From: Terracidiphilus sp.
GTDB taxonomy: Bacteria > Acidobacteriota > Terriglobia > Terriglobales > Acidobacteriaceae
Assembly: GCA_035935755.1 (NCBI GenBank)
Contig: DASYWU010000048.1
Location: forward strand, 78,829-142,828
Length of the DNA stretch: 64,000 bases
Reading direction: 5' to 3'
Position numbers and translations under genes: made by a program
Notes under the pieces: generated by a model
Told to the model about the DNA's origin: nothing
Database searches by the model: none
Seen by the model: only the letters and a program-made list of their open reading frames with translations
Shown here: piece by piece, positions 47,158 through 57,017 of the stretch
Layout of the letters: each line of letters begins with the position of its first letter
Position numbering within the stretch: the first letter of the stretch is position 1

Positions 47158-47892
47158 ATGAACAGCAGAAATCTGGGAAGGACGGCGATGGCAGTGGTGA
47201 TGGCGGCGCTGATAGCAACACAGGCATTCGCAGCGGAAGGAACGCGGCAAGTCGCAACGCAGTTAGGCAAGCCCACAGTCGCGGCGGCACAGCCCACGCA
47301 ACCAAAAGCCGCAGTGAAGCGCACCATCATGGTGAGCCTGGTTGACCGCAAGCTGGCCCTGATTGAAAACGGCAAAGTGGTCCGGATCTATCGCGTCGCC
47401 GTCGGCAAGTCCTCCACGCCCAGCCCCAACGGCACCTATACCATCGCCGACCGCGTTGAGAATCCCACTTATTACCACCATGGCAAAGTCATCCCGCCCG
47501 GCCCTGGAAATCCAGTGGGCAATCGCTGGATGGGCCTGAACATCCACGGCTACGGGATTCACGGAACCAACATTCCCAGCTCTGTCGGCAAAGCCGTCTC
47601 GCACGGATGTGTCCGCCTCGGCAAAGCCGATATCGAGGATCTCTTCAGCCGCGTTCGCGTGGGCGACACGGTGGAGTTTGTAGATACCCGTGATGCCGAA
47701 ACCGCGCAGGTCTTCGGCGACGGTCCAGTGGCGCCCGCGCCGCAACCGGCCGTGCTCGCCGCGAAGGTCGCGCCGGCGCCTGTCAGCCCTGCTCCCACCG
47801 TCCCCGCGCCGAGCCCCGATTCGTTGCTGAACGCCTTCGCCCGCACGAACGCAGCCGCCGCTGCCAGCAACGTCCTCATCGGCGCGCTGTAA
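47158..47892 (+). CDS. L,D-transpeptidase (YkuD domain)
   Basis: Signal peptide. YkuD motifs (IHGYGIHGTN, SHGCVRL). Pro/Ala-rich C-terminal tail. Confidence 0.85.
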   Translation: MNSRNLGRTAMAVVMAALIATQAFAAEGTRQVATQLGKPTVAAAQPTQPKAAVKRTIMVSLVDRKLALIENGKVVRIYRVAVGKSSTPSPNGTYTIADRVENPTYYHHGKVIPPGPGNPVGNRWMGLNIHGYGIHGTNIPSSVGKAVSHGCVRLGKADIEDLFSRVRVGDTVEFVDTRDAETAQVFGDGPVAPAPQPAVLAAKVAPAPVSPAPTVPAPSPDSLLNAFARTNAAAAASNVLIGAL

Positions 47893-47902
47893 GGAGAATC
47901 CC

Positions 47903-48085
47903 ATGGATTGGCTTATCACCGCGATCACAGCCTTGGGAGCAGTGCTGCTGCCCGTTGCGGCGCTGCTCCTTCTTGAAGAGTTGACTTTCGGAGGACTGGT
48001 CCGGCTGTTGTTGGCTCCACGGCCGGAACCGGCGAGACAATCTGAGCCCAAACGCCTGAATGGAGGCGGAAAATGCTTGCGTTAA
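47903..48085 (+). CDS. Possible small membrane protein (60 aa)
   Basis: One hydrophobic helix. Its end overlaps the start of the SPFH gene. Supported by ORF and position only. Confidence 0.25.
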   Translation: MDWLITAITALGAVLLPVAALLLLEELTFGGLVRLLLAPRPEPARQSEPKRLNGGGKCLR

Positions 48086-49398
48086 AGCTCTTGTTGACAG
48101 TCGCGGGAGCGCTCATGTTCGCTGCCGCGTTGGGGATTCCGCTCTACGGCCTGGGGAAGCGCATCGAGTACGCGCGCCGCAAGTCCGCCGGCGACGAATC
48201 TGTGATGGAACCTGAACCGATCTCCTGGCGCACATCCGTGATGTTCGTCATCGCAGCCTGCCTGCCCATGCTCCTCGCTGCCAGCATCGTGGTCGTACCC
48301 ACCGGCATGGGCGGAGTGCGCATCAGCCAGATTCGCGGCACCGAGCCGGGCACCCTTTATCCCGGGCTGCACTTCGTGGAACCGCTCATTGAAAGCGTGC
48401 AGATGTTCGACCTGCGCGATCATCTCTTCACCGCGTCCAGCATCGCCAAAGGCGTCAAAGCTCCGCCCGAACCGGCCGGTCTTATGGTGCAGTCGCGCGA
48501 AGGCCTCAGCATTGGCCTCGGCATCACGGTTCGTTACCGCCTCGATCCCAACAAGCTGGCCAGCGTGCAGGCGCATCTGCCTCAACCGGCGGACAAGCAG
48601 CTCGTTCCGCCGGTGGTGGCCAGCGCCTGGCGCGAGCTGACGCCCAACTACACCGTGCGCGAGATCTTCGCCACCAAGCGCGAAGAGATCCGCGAACAGG
48701 CGGCAGCAGTGATCACCAAAAAGCTGGCCGCCGACGGCATCGTCGTCGAAGAAGTGATGCTCAGCGACATCGACCTGCCGCCCGAGTACGCCGAGGGTCT
48801 GCAGAGCCTTCTGCTCAAAGAACAGAAAGACGACCAGATGGCCGTCGACACCGACATTCAAGCCAAGCAGGTCAAGATCGCCGAATTGCAGGCCGAAGCC
48901 GAAGCCGCGCAGAAGGTGAAACGAGCCGAAGGCGACGCGAGGGCCAAAGTTGTCGAAGCCAAAGGCGAGGCGGACGCCATGCAATACACGCTGCCCCTAA
49001 AGCAGAAGCAGATTGAGCAGAGCAAGCTCGAGGCCGAAGCGCGCAAGGAGGCGACCATCCAGGACGCCGAGGCCAACGCGCAGGCCAAGATCATCGACAG
49101 CAAAGCCGAGCAGCAACGCCGCGACTTGCTCGCCCAGTCCGAAGCCCAGCGCGTGAAGCTGCTCGCCGAGGCTGAAGCCACAAAGATGACTGACGAAGCC
49201 GCGCTTCTCAACAAGTCGCCCTTGCTGATTGACAAGATCATCGCCGAAAGGCTTTCCGACAAAATTCAACTCGTAATGGTGCCCTCGAACGGCAAGTACT
49301 TCTTTGCCGACGACGTTTTCAAAGGATTCGCCGCCGGTTCGTCAACTACGCAGCCGATGAACGGCGGACAAAATCCGGTGCCGAAGGATGGCAATTGA
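48073..49398 (+). CDS. SPFH/Band-7 (prohibitin/HflK-like) membrane protein with a long coiled-coil tail
   Basis: N-terminal TM helices, an SPFH core (..VRISQIRGTEPGTLYPGLHFVEPLIESVQMFD..) and an E/A/K-rich coiled coil. Confidence 0.8.
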   Translation: MLALKLLLTVAGALMFAAALGIPLYGLGKRIEYARRKSAGDESVMEPEPISWRTSVMFVIAACLPMLLAASIVVVPTGMGGVRISQIRGTEPGTLYPGLHFVEPLIESVQMFDLRDHLFTASSIAKGVKAPPEPAGLMVQSREGLSIGLGITVRYRLDPNKLASVQAHLPQPADKQLVPPVVASAWRELTPNYTVREIFATKREEIREQAAAVITKKLAADGIVVEEVMLSDIDLPPEYAEGLQSLLLKEQKDDQMAVDTDIQAKQVKIAELQAEAEAAQKVKRAEGDARAKVVEAKGEADAMQYTLPLKQKQIEQSKLEAEARKEATIQDAEANAQAKIIDSKAEQQRRDLLAQSEAQRVKLLAEAEATKMTDEAALLNKSPLLIDKIIAERLSDKIQLVMVPSNGKYFFADDVFKGFAAGSSTTQPMNGGQNPVPKDGN

Positions 49399-49611
49399 TC
49401 CAATACCGATGCGGGCGGGCCGCATCGAGGCAGCCCGCCGCATCAGAAAGCTGAAGCCATGCGAACGCAATGTTTGGGAGGAGTTCACATAATTCTGCTC
49501 TTTGCTCTTCTGTTTTTTTCCCATTGCACTCGCGGATATGAGCAGAGGAGCTTCACAGAGGGGCAGCAGGGCGTATCGTTCAAATACCCACACGGATATT
49601 CACATCGACCG

Positions 49612-49627
49612 TGGAACCGCTTTCGCA
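49612..49627 (+). promoter_or_regulatory. Candidate sigma54 (-24/-12) promoter TGGAACCGCTTTCGCA
   Basis: GG and GC dinucleotides are at the canonical spacing (TGGCAC-N5-TTGCA type). It lies 67 nt upstream of the ATG at 49694 of the operon that encodes the sigma54 activator. Confidence 0.4.
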
Positions 49628-49693
49628 GACGCGCGACGCGGAAGTTGCATTTGCGGGCGAGCAGCAAACGGTATAATCCGCGCAAACGGCACA

Positions 49694-51019
49694 ATGCGCA
49701 GAAGGATGACAGTAATGAGACGGCGGAGTCTCGCAGCAGCGGCGTTGATCGTGTGGATGTGGGCGTCGTTTGCCTTCGCGCAGGCGCCCAGCCCTTGGCA
49801 GCAGCCAGCGTCGGCGCTGGCCGGCAAAATTGCCGATCTCCTTGGCCCCGGCCAGGCGCGTATGACGCTGCAGAATCTTTCCTCCATCCCATCTGCCGAT
49901 CTCGGCGTGATCCAAAAGCTCATCTCCGACGACCTGCGCGCCCGCGGCATAATTGAAGCCGGCCCCGGCAGCGCCAATTCTGTTCGCGTGACGCTGAGCG
50001 AAAGCGCAACCAAAAGGTTGTGGGTTGCAGAAGTGATTGAAGGCGATGACACCCAGGTGGCCATGATCGACGCCGGCCCTGTCACACAATCGCTGCCTCA
50101 GACCTCGGGCGCGCTCATGCTGCGCCGAGTTCGCGTCATCTCGACGCACGCCCCAGTGCTCGCCACCCTGGCGACACCGAACGGCCTGGTAGTCCTGGAA
50201 CCAGACCAGATCGCCATCTACGCGCGCAGCACCACAGGATGGCGCAAGCTGCAGAGCTTTCCCGCGGCACAGGTTCAGCTCTCCCGTGACCCACGCGGCA
50301 TTTTGCGCAGCGCCGCGAACGGGCAAGGTTTCGAAGCCTGGCTTCCCGGCCAGTACTGCACCGGCGCACTCTCGGGCGGATCGGCCGCGGGAGTCTGGAT
50401 CGTCGACTGCCGTAAAAGCGACGACCCTTGGCTCATCAGTTCGGGAACTGAATCTCCTGCGTCGGCCGTGCCCGGCGAAGTCGCTCCCGCACTTCCCGTT
50501 CAGTTGCCCAACGGGCAAACCAACGTGATGGTATCCGAGGCTACAGCGCCCGCGCTGAGAGCCTTCTACAATTCGGCCCGAAATTACTTCACCGGGATCA
50601 CCGTCCCTAACCCGGCCATCAACCTGCCTCCATTTTATTCGGCAGCCTTCATTCCGCGCCCCGCCGGCGGTTACGTTCTTGCCATCGGCGGAATCGACGG
50701 CAAACTGCAATTGCTCGAGAACGGAGCGTTGACTCCCGTCGGCGGCGCGCGCGATTGGGGCAGCGACTTCGCCGCGCTGTATTCCGGCTGCGGCTCCGGC
50801 ACGCAGCTCCTCGCTTCCGGCTCCGGACAGGCTGCAAACGACAGCCTGCGCGCCTACGATCTGCCTGCCTTCGAGGCCATTACCGCAAGCGATCCGCTGG
50901 CAATGAACGGAACTGTCACCGCTCTGTCGACCGCGCCAGACGGCAAAAGCGTTCTCGCCGTGGTGCGTACCGGCGCAGATCAATACGAGGTGGACCGTGT
51001 TTCGGCAACTTGCAATTAG
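49694..51019 (+). CDS. Hypothetical secreted protein (first gene of the sensor operon)
   Basis: I chose the start at MRRRMTVMRRRSLAAAALIVWMWASFAFA (signal peptide). 441 aa. No motif recognised. Its end overlaps the next gene by 23 nt. Confidence 0.55.
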   Translation: MRRRMTVMRRRSLAAAALIVWMWASFAFAQAPSPWQQPASALAGKIADLLGPGQARMTLQNLSSIPSADLGVIQKLISDDLRARGIIEAGPGSANSVRVTLSESATKRLWVAEVIEGDDTQVAMIDAGPVTQSLPQTSGALMLRRVRVISTHAPVLATLATPNGLVVLEPDQIAIYARSTTGWRKLQSFPAAQVQLSRDPRGILRSAANGQGFEAWLPGQYCTGALSGGSAAGVWIVDCRKSDDPWLISSGTESPASAVPGEVAPALPVQLPNGQTNVMVSEATAPALRAFYNSARNYFTGITVPNPAINLPPFYSAAFIPRPAGGYVLAIGGIDGKLQLLENGALTPVGGARDWGSDFAALYSGCGSGTQLLASGSGQAANDSLRAYDLPAFEAITASDPLAMNGTVTALSTAPDGKSVLAVVRTGADQYEVDRVSATCN

Positions 51020-52343
51020 CTGCCTCTTCGCGGTTCTTCTGCTGCCCGCCGACGCGAGGACCCGCCCGCATTACGGCGGCACCATCCGTGTCGAAGTCAA
51101 CGGCGATCCTCTCGCGGTCCCCTCGGGACTTGCCCGCGACCTCCTCTTCGATGGCCTCACCACCTTCGGCCCCGACGGTTCCGTGCAACCGGCGCTGGCC
51201 GTAGCATGGCGATCGGAGGATCGCGATCATCGCTGGCAGTTATCGCTTCGATCCGGCGTCACCTTTCACGACGGTTCGCCTCTCACCGCCACCTCGGTAG
51301 TGAACTCGCTCAATCGCTCGTGCAACGGCCACTGCCCGTGGTCTGTCGTGCATGCTGTCGGCTCCCAGGTCGTCTTCACCGCCGACTCGCCGATGCCGCA
51401 GTTGCCCGCACTGTTGGCGGAAGACGAGTTTCTCATCGCGCTCACCCTGGGCGCGGACGGCCTGCCGCCCACCAACCCCATCGGCACCGGCCCCTTTCAG
51501 TTTGTCTCCGCCGTGCGGGATACAGTCACGCTCGCCGCCAACCAGAATTGCTGGCGCGGGCGTCCCTTCGCCGACACCATCGAAATCCGCGGCCATCGTG
51601 CTGTCCGCGACCAATGGCTCGACCTAAGCGTGGGCCGTACCGATGTCGTCGAAATCCCGCCTGAGATGCTCCGCCAGGCGCGGCAGCAGCAGCTCACGAT
51701 CGTTGCCTCGCCGCCAGTAACGCTGCTCGCGCTTCAGCTCTTAACCACAAGCGCACTTGCCAACCCTATGCTGCGCGCCTCCATCGCGCAGGCCGTAGAC
51801 CGTAGCGCACTCTTCAATGTCATTTTTCAAAAGCAGGGCGATCTTACCGCCGCTTTGCTTCCCCAGCAGCTTACCGGCTATGCATTTCTTTTTCCCCCAG
51901 ATCGCAATCTGGGCAAAGCCATCGCGCTGCGCGGAGGACTCACAACAGCGTCCTTGAAACTCGCCGCGGAGGGCGACAGCGCGATGCAGCTTGCTGCACA
52001 ACGCCTAGCCCTCAATCTCCATGACGCTGGATTCCCGGTGCAGGTCGTCCCGGGTAACACGCCCAACCCCGATCTGCTCCTTCGCAGGCTTCCCCTGGAG
52101 AGCAGCGACCCTGCCGCCGCGTTAGCGGTGCTCATGCACAGCGCGGGCCAGAACGACCCGGCCAATGCATCCACACCGTCTGCGCTCTTCCGCGTCGAAA
52201 AAAATATCCTCGACATGCACAGCATCGTTCCTCTGCTCGATCTTCCTCGCGCATGGGCTGTCTCCGGCAAATTGCGCGATTTCGCATTGCGAGCTGACGG
52301 CGCGCCCGATCTGGCCAATACTTCGCTGGAGAGTACGCAATGA
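50997..52343 (+). CDS. Family-5 solute-binding-protein-like periplasmic protein
   Basis: GTG start, signal peptide, and the SBP_bac_5 signature (PALAVAWRSEDRDHRWQLSLRSGVTFHDGSPLTATSV). Confidence 0.7.
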   Translation: MFRQLAISCLFAVLLLPADARTRPHYGGTIRVEVNGDPLAVPSGLARDLLFDGLTTFGPDGSVQPALAVAWRSEDRDHRWQLSLRSGVTFHDGSPLTATSVVNSLNRSCNGHCPWSVVHAVGSQVVFTADSPMPQLPALLAEDEFLIALTLGADGLPPTNPIGTGPFQFVSAVRDTVTLAANQNCWRGRPFADTIEIRGHRAVRDQWLDLSVGRTDVVEIPPEMLRQARQQQLTIVASPPVTLLALQLLTTSALANPMLRASIAQAVDRSALFNVIFQKQGDLTAALLPQQLTGYAFLFPPDRNLGKAIALRGGLTTASLKLAAEGDSAMQLAAQRLALNLHDAGFPVQVVPGNTPNPDLLLRRLPLESSDPAAALAVLMHSAGQNDPANASTPSALFRVEKNILDMHSIVPLLDLPRAWAVSGKLRDFALRADGAPDLANTSLESTQ

Positions 52344-54145
52344 GCCTGCGCCAGAAGCTGCTGCTCCTCTTCTCGCTCACCGTCGCCGCTTCCGTGGCCG
52401 CGGTCACCTGGACAGTGCTCATCCGCATCCGCCAGGTTTTTGAAGTGCGCGACCAGCAGGAGACTGCGCTTTTCGTCAGCCAGTTCCAGCGCGAGTTTCA
52501 GCATCACTCCGATGAAGTTGCCGCGGCGGTCGATCGTCTTGCCGGGGGCGATCAGGCGCGCACTATGGCCTTTCAGATAACGCAGTCGGGCGATGCCTCG
52601 CCTTACCTCACCACGGCGCAATCCATGGCCCAGAGTGCGCAGCTCGATTTTCTCGAGATCGTCGGCGCCGACGGCAACGTCATCAGCTCCGCTCAATGGC
52701 CGGCGCGCTTCGGCTATCCCGAGCTGGCCGCAGCCGAATCGGGCCAGGCGCCGTTTCTCAAGCGGGAAGACCTGCCCGACGGTACTACCGCCATCGGCCT
52801 CTTTGCCGTGCGCGCCATCGCCGGCGCCCCGTCCATCCGCCTCATCGGTGGCGAGCGCCTCGACCAGAGTCTTCTTGCCGATTTGGCCATCGCACCGGGG
52901 ATGACTGTTGGTCTCTACATTGATCCCGGTACCGCTGCGAGCACGGCCGGCTCCGCCGCTGCAGCAGCGCCCAGCTTCGATGCAACCCGCCTCATCGCGG
53001 CTGAAGGCCCGCTGCCGGGAGCAGCCGGATATCAGAAACTGATTGACGCGGCGATCAGCAGCGGGCGCGAAATGAGCGGCATTGTCTACCCGACTGCGCG
53101 TCGCCAGGACAGCGTGAACGCCACCGTCATTCCCCTCAAGAACCAGTCCGGCGCAGTGCTTGCCGCGCTGACCGTGGCCATCTCGCGCACCGGCATGATT
53201 GAAACCCAGCGGCGAATCCGCGAGATTGCGTACGGCATCGCCGGCGCCGGCATTCTGCTCGCCGTCTTCTTCAGCCTGTGGATCGCTGCGCGCGTTTCCC
53301 GTCCCGTGGAGCAGCTTGCCCGCGCGGCTGAAGAAGTCGCCGGCGGAAATTGGGATGTGACCGTTTCCGAGCGCGGCCGCGACGAAGTTAGCGTGCTGGC
53401 GCGCAGCTTCAATCACATGACAAGCGAGCTCGTGAGCCAACGCGATCGCCTGGTGCAGAGTGAGCGCGTGGCCGCTTGGCGCGAGCTCGCGCGCCGTCTC
53501 GCCCACGAGCTGAAGAATCCGCTCTTCCCGCTGCAGCTCACGGTCGAAAACCTGGTCCGCGCCAAAGGTCTGCCGCCCTCCGATTTCGACGAGGTTTTTT
53601 CTGAAAGCACCACCACGCTGAGCGCGGAAATCGCTAATCTCAAGACCATCATCTCCCGCTTCTCCGACTTCAGCAAAATGCCGCGCCCCGAGCTGCAGCG
53701 CATCGATGCCCGCGAGATCATATCGCGCGTGCATGCGCTCTACGCTAACGCCGCCGCTGTTGACAGTGCCAGGCTACGGTTCGAAATGGACATTCCCGGC
53801 GAGCCCATGCCTGTCGATGCCGACCCGGAGCTGCTTCACCGCGCGATTTCAAACCTTGTTCTCAACGCGATGGATGCGATGCCCGACGGCGGCATCGTGA
53901 CCCTCTCCGCTTGTCCCAAAGGTGAAACAGCGGAGCTGCGCGTCTCCGACACCGGCCAGGGCCTCACGCCGGAAGAATGCGAGCGTCTCTTCACCCCCTA
54001 CTACACCACCAAGCAGCACGGCACCGGTCTCGGCCTCGCCATCGTGCAATCCGTTATCGCCGACCACCACGGAACCATCGCCGTCGAGAGCGGCGCCGGC
54101 GCGGGCGCAACGTTTATCATTACGCTGCCTAGGGCGGCCTCATGA
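52340..54145 (+). CDS. Sensor histidine kinase (periplasmic domain, HAMP, HisKA, HATPase_c; NtrY-like)
   Basis: Two TM helices flank a periplasmic domain of about 270 aa. HAMP domain. H-box AHELKNPLFPLQL. N, G1 and G2 boxes (NLVLNAMDAM, DTGQGL, GTGLGLA). ATGA overlaps at both ends. Confidence 0.9.
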   Translation: MSLRQKLLLLFSLTVAASVAAVTWTVLIRIRQVFEVRDQQETALFVSQFQREFQHHSDEVAAAVDRLAGGDQARTMAFQITQSGDASPYLTTAQSMAQSAQLDFLEIVGADGNVISSAQWPARFGYPELAAAESGQAPFLKREDLPDGTTAIGLFAVRAIAGAPSIRLIGGERLDQSLLADLAIAPGMTVGLYIDPGTAASTAGSAAAAAPSFDATRLIAAEGPLPGAAGYQKLIDAAISSGREMSGIVYPTARRQDSVNATVIPLKNQSGAVLAALTVAISRTGMIETQRRIREIAYGIAGAGILLAVFFSLWIAARVSRPVEQLARAAEEVAGGNWDVTVSERGRDEVSVLARSFNHMTSELVSQRDRLVQSERVAAWRELARRLAHELKNPLFPLQLTVENLVRAKGLPPSDFDEVFSESTTTLSAEIANLKTIISRFSDFSKMPRPELQRIDAREIISRVHALYANAAAVDSARLRFEMDIPGEPMPVDADPELLHRAISNLVLNAMDAMPDGGIVTLSACPKGETAELRVSDTGQGLTPEECERLFTPYYTTKQHGTGLGLAIVQSVIADHHGTIAVESGAGAGATFIITLPRAAS

Positions 54146-55527
54146 GCGCAAGAGCCAACATCCTCATCGTCGATGACGAAGCCAGCACGCTGGCCTCGCT
54201 CGCGCGCGCTTTCCGTCTCGCCGGCCATGAAGCCACGGTTTGCGACAACGCCGCGCGCGCCCTCGAGCTCGCCCGCTCCCAGCCCTTCGACCTGATCCTC
54301 AGCGACGTGGTCATGCCCCGCCGCGATGGGCTGTCGCTTCTTGAAGATCTGAAGAATGCCGGCGTCTCTGCGCCCGTGGTGATGATGAGCGGCCAGGCTC
54401 ATATCGAGATGGCGGTGCGCGCCACCCGCCTCGGCGCTCTTGATTTTCTCGAAAAGCCGCTCTCCACGGAAAAGCTGCTGGTCACCCTCGACAATGCGCT
54501 CAAGCTGACCCGTCTCGAATCTGAAAACCGCGACCTGCGCGCCCGGGTGGGCAAGCACACGCTGGTTTTCGAGGGGCAAACCATGCGTCGCGTGATGGCG
54601 CAGATCGAGCGCGTGGCCATGAGCGAAACCCGCGTCTGTATCTACGGCGAAACCGGAACCGGAAAAGAGCTGGTGGCGCGCACGCTGCATGAAAAGAGCA
54701 ATCGCTCTGCCGGTCCGTTCGTTACCCTCAACTGTGCGGCAGTTCCCGCGGAGCTCATCGAGAGCGAGCTCTTCGGCCACGAGAAAGGTTCCTTCACCGG
54801 CGCCGCCCAGCGCCACGCCGGCAAGTTCGAGCAGGCGCACCGCGGCACGCTCTTCCTCGATGAAATCGGCGACATGCCCGTCGCCATGCAGGCCAAGTTG
54901 CTGCGCGTCCTTGAAGAAGGCGAAGTGGAACGCATCGGCTCCGACAAGCCGCTCACCGTCGATGTACGCGTCATCGTGGCCACGCATCGCAACCTCGCGC
55001 AGCTTGTCGAGTCGGGCGGCTTCCGCCGCGATCTCTACCATCGCGTGGTCGTCTTCCCGCTTGAGCTTCCTCCGTTGCGGCAGCGTCGCGAAGACCTGCC
55101 TGCACTGGTCGATCATTTTGTCCGCCAGGTGAGCGCGCAGAACGGCTGGAAACCTACCCTCTTTGCACCTTCGGCCATTGAAGCTCTTCAGGAATACGCG
55201 TGGCCCGGCAACATTCGCGAATTGCGCAATGTTGTCGAGCGGCTGCTGCTGCTTGCCGGCGCCGAAGTTACCGCCGACGATGTGCGCCTGGCGCTGCCCT
55301 CCGTCGCACCGTCTGCGGCCGCAGCGGCTCCTTCCACATTAGAAGATGGTGCCCCACTCGCGCAGCGCGTGCTCGCCTTCGAGCGCGCCACGGTGCTAGC
55401 CGAACTCAACCGCCATCAGCGCAACATGACGCAAACTGCCCGCGCCCTCGGCCTCGAACGCAGCCACTTCTACAAAAAATGCCAGCAGCTCGGCATTGAC
55501 CTCGAATCCCTGCCGAAGCAGGAGTAA
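54142..55527 (+). CDS. Sigma54-dependent response regulator (NtrC family: REC, AAA+, HTH)
   Basis: REC domain ([17 protein letters not shown]). Walker [15 protein letters not shown] loop (a GAFTGA variant). C-terminal Fis-type HTH ([19 protein letters not shown]). Confidence 0.9.
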   Translation: MSARANILIVDDEASTLASLARAFRLAGHEATVCDNAARALELARSQPFDLILSDVVMPRRDGLSLLEDLKNAGVSAPVVMMSGQAHIEMAVRATRLGALDFLEKPLSTEKLLVTLDNALKLTRLESENRDLRARVGKHTLVFEGQTMRRVMAQIERVAMSETRVCIYGETGTGKELVARTLHEKSNRSAGPFVTLNCAAVPAELIESELFGHEKGSFTGAAQRHAGKFEQAHRGTLFLDEIGDMPVAMQAKLLRVLEEGEVERIGSDKPLTVDVRVIVATHRNLAQLVESGGFRRDLYHRVVVFPLELPPLRQRREDLPALVDHFVRQVSAQNGWKPTLFAPSAIEALQEYAWPGNIRELRNVVERLLLLAGAEVTADDVRLALPSVAPSAAAAAPSTLEDGAPLAQRVLAFERATVLAELNRHQRNMTQTARALGLERSHFYKKCQQLGIDLESLPKQE

Positions 55528-55611
55528 TCGAAAGCCATCCTACCCAATTTCAGGGAACATCCCCTTTATGATTCAGCTACTTACAATTTGCGTACGATTT
55601 TGCTTGCGTTT

Positions 55612-55647
55612 ATCGCAAATTGCGATATGATTATTGCGATTTGCAAT
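55612..55647. promoter_or_regulatory. Operator-like palindromes built from TTGCGAT half-sites
   Basis: ATCGCAA-A-TTGCGAT (55612-55626, perfect 7-bp arms) and ATTGC-GATTT-GCAAT (55633-55647). They lie 40-75 nt upstream of the HTH gene start, with further TTGCG(T/A)T copies at 55587-55610. Confidence 0.5.
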
Positions 55648-55686
55648 GGGCGCGGTGATAAGCAGCCGGCCCATACAGGACAGCCA

Positions 55687-56208
55687 ATGACGCTGGGCGA
55701 TAAAATCCGCTACTTGCGCGAGGTCGAAGGCAGTCTGCGCGGCCTGGGCCGGGCGATGAGCCAGCAGGAACTCGTCCGTGCCATCGAATCGGAAACCGGC
55801 TCGCGCCTGAGCCAGAGTTATTTGTCGCAGCTCGAAAGCGGCGCGCGGCCGCACCTGACCAATACCACTCGTCAGCTCCTGGCCAAATTCTTCAAGATCC
55901 ATCCCGGTTACCTGGTCAGCGATCCGGAGGGTTACTCGCCGGAACTGCAAAGCGAGCTGCGCCACCTCGAAAACAAGCTGGATCTGTGGCTGGTTTCCGG
56001 CGCCGAGCGTTTCAGCCGTGATCCTGAGCTCAAGCAGGCGCTGCTTACCCTGGCACAGCAGGAGCACTCGCGCGAGTGCCTGCTGCTGCTTGAGGCCATT
56101 CTGGAAACGCCTGGACTGGCGCCGAGATTAATGGAAGTGCTGCGCTCAAAAAGCGAACCCGGTGCCAACGAGAGAAACGGGCACCGGAAAGAGGGGGCAC
56201 GCAAATGA
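55687..56208 (+). CDS. XRE-family helix-turn-helix transcriptional regulator
   Basis: I chose the start at MTLGDKIRYLRE. HTH_3-like MSQQELVRAIESETGSRLSQSYLSQLESG. The C-terminal helical domain has no recognised family. Confidence 0.75.
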   Translation: MTLGDKIRYLREVEGSLRGLGRAMSQQELVRAIESETGSRLSQSYLSQLESGARPHLTNTTRQLLAKFFKIHPGYLVSDPEGYSPELQSELRHLENKLDLWLVSGAERFSRDPELKQALLTLAQQEHSRECLLLLEAILETPGLAPRLMEVLRSKSEPGANERNGHRKEGARK

Positions 56209-56888
56209 CCTGGGAACATTTCTATCTGGCGTGTTTTCTATTTGGCCTGCTCTTTAGCGCTTTATCGCTCTTGGGCGGAATGGGCCGCTTCGGCGGGCAT
56301 GTTCATCTTCCCCATGCCGCTCACGTGCCGCACGTCGGCCACGTCCCGCACGCAGGTGGGGGTTCGGCACGCGGAATCGCGCGCGGTTCCAGCATCCCCT
56401 GGTGGAACACATTTTCGATCATGATCTTTCTCTGTTGGTTCGGTGCGGCAGGATACCTGCTCACCCGCCATGGCCAGTTTGTAACTGCGGTTGTTTTGGT
56501 TCTTGCAGTGGCTTGCGGGCTGGCCGGCGGCGCCATTGTTTTTCTCTTCCTGACAAAGGTCATGCTTCCCCACGAGCACGAACTCAGCGCCGACGAAACG
56601 GCCGTTGTCGGAGTGGTGGGAAAAGTCTCCTGCGCTATTGCTGCCCGCGGCACGGGAGAAATCGTCTACGAGCAACTCGGCGCGCGTCATGCAGCGCCGG
56701 CACGCTCTGAAGATGGCGGCCCGATCGCCCGAGAGGAAGAAGTTTTCGTCGTCCGTTATGAAAGGGGAATCGCATACGTGCGGCGGTGGGAAGAAGTGGA
56801 TTTGGATTCACAGGACGGAGTTGCAACCGGCACGCAGCCAGTTTCCGGTTCCGCACCGCAGTCGCAGGCAACAGGAGGTCTCAAATGA
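56205..56888 (+). CDS. NfeD-family membrane protein
   Basis: N-terminal TM helices, a His-rich loop, and a C-terminal NfeD OB-fold-like segment (GVVGKVSCAIAARGTGEIVYEQLGARH..VFVVRYERGIAYV). Directly upstream of the flotillin gene. Confidence 0.7.
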   Translation: MTWEHFYLACFLFGLLFSALSLLGGMGRFGGHVHLPHAAHVPHVGHVPHAGGGSARGIARGSSIPWWNTFSIMIFLCWFGAAGYLLTRHGQFVTAVVLVLAVACGLAGGAIVFLFLTKVMLPHEHELSADETAVVGVVGKVSCAIAARGTGEIVYEQLGARHAAPARSEDGGPIAREEEVFVVRYERGIAYVRRWEEVDLDSQDGVATGTQPVSGSAPQSQATGGLK

Positions 56889-56950
56889 GCGCAGCAACTT
56901 TGACGCCGACTTGACGACAGCCACTTAGTCGCAGGCTGATTCACCATCGG

Positions 56951-56966
56951 TGGCGACACCGGTGCA
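56951..56966 (+). promoter_or_regulatory. Candidate sigma54 promoter TGGCGACACCGGTGCA upstream of flotillin-pspA
   Basis: TGGC at -24 and TGCA at -12 with canonical GG-N10-GC spacing, 52 nt upstream of the ATG at 57018. Confidence 0.35.
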
Positions 56967-57017
56967 CGGCTTCGAATCATCAACCGTATCCTCCCGGGCG
57001 AAAGGACCGGGAACGCA

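Noticed and set aside
49580-55116. Minus-strand ORFs 49580-50983, 51878-53734 and 54001-55116
   Set aside because: Antisense to the secreted protein/SBP/kinase/activator operon, whose plus-strand products carry clear domain motifs.
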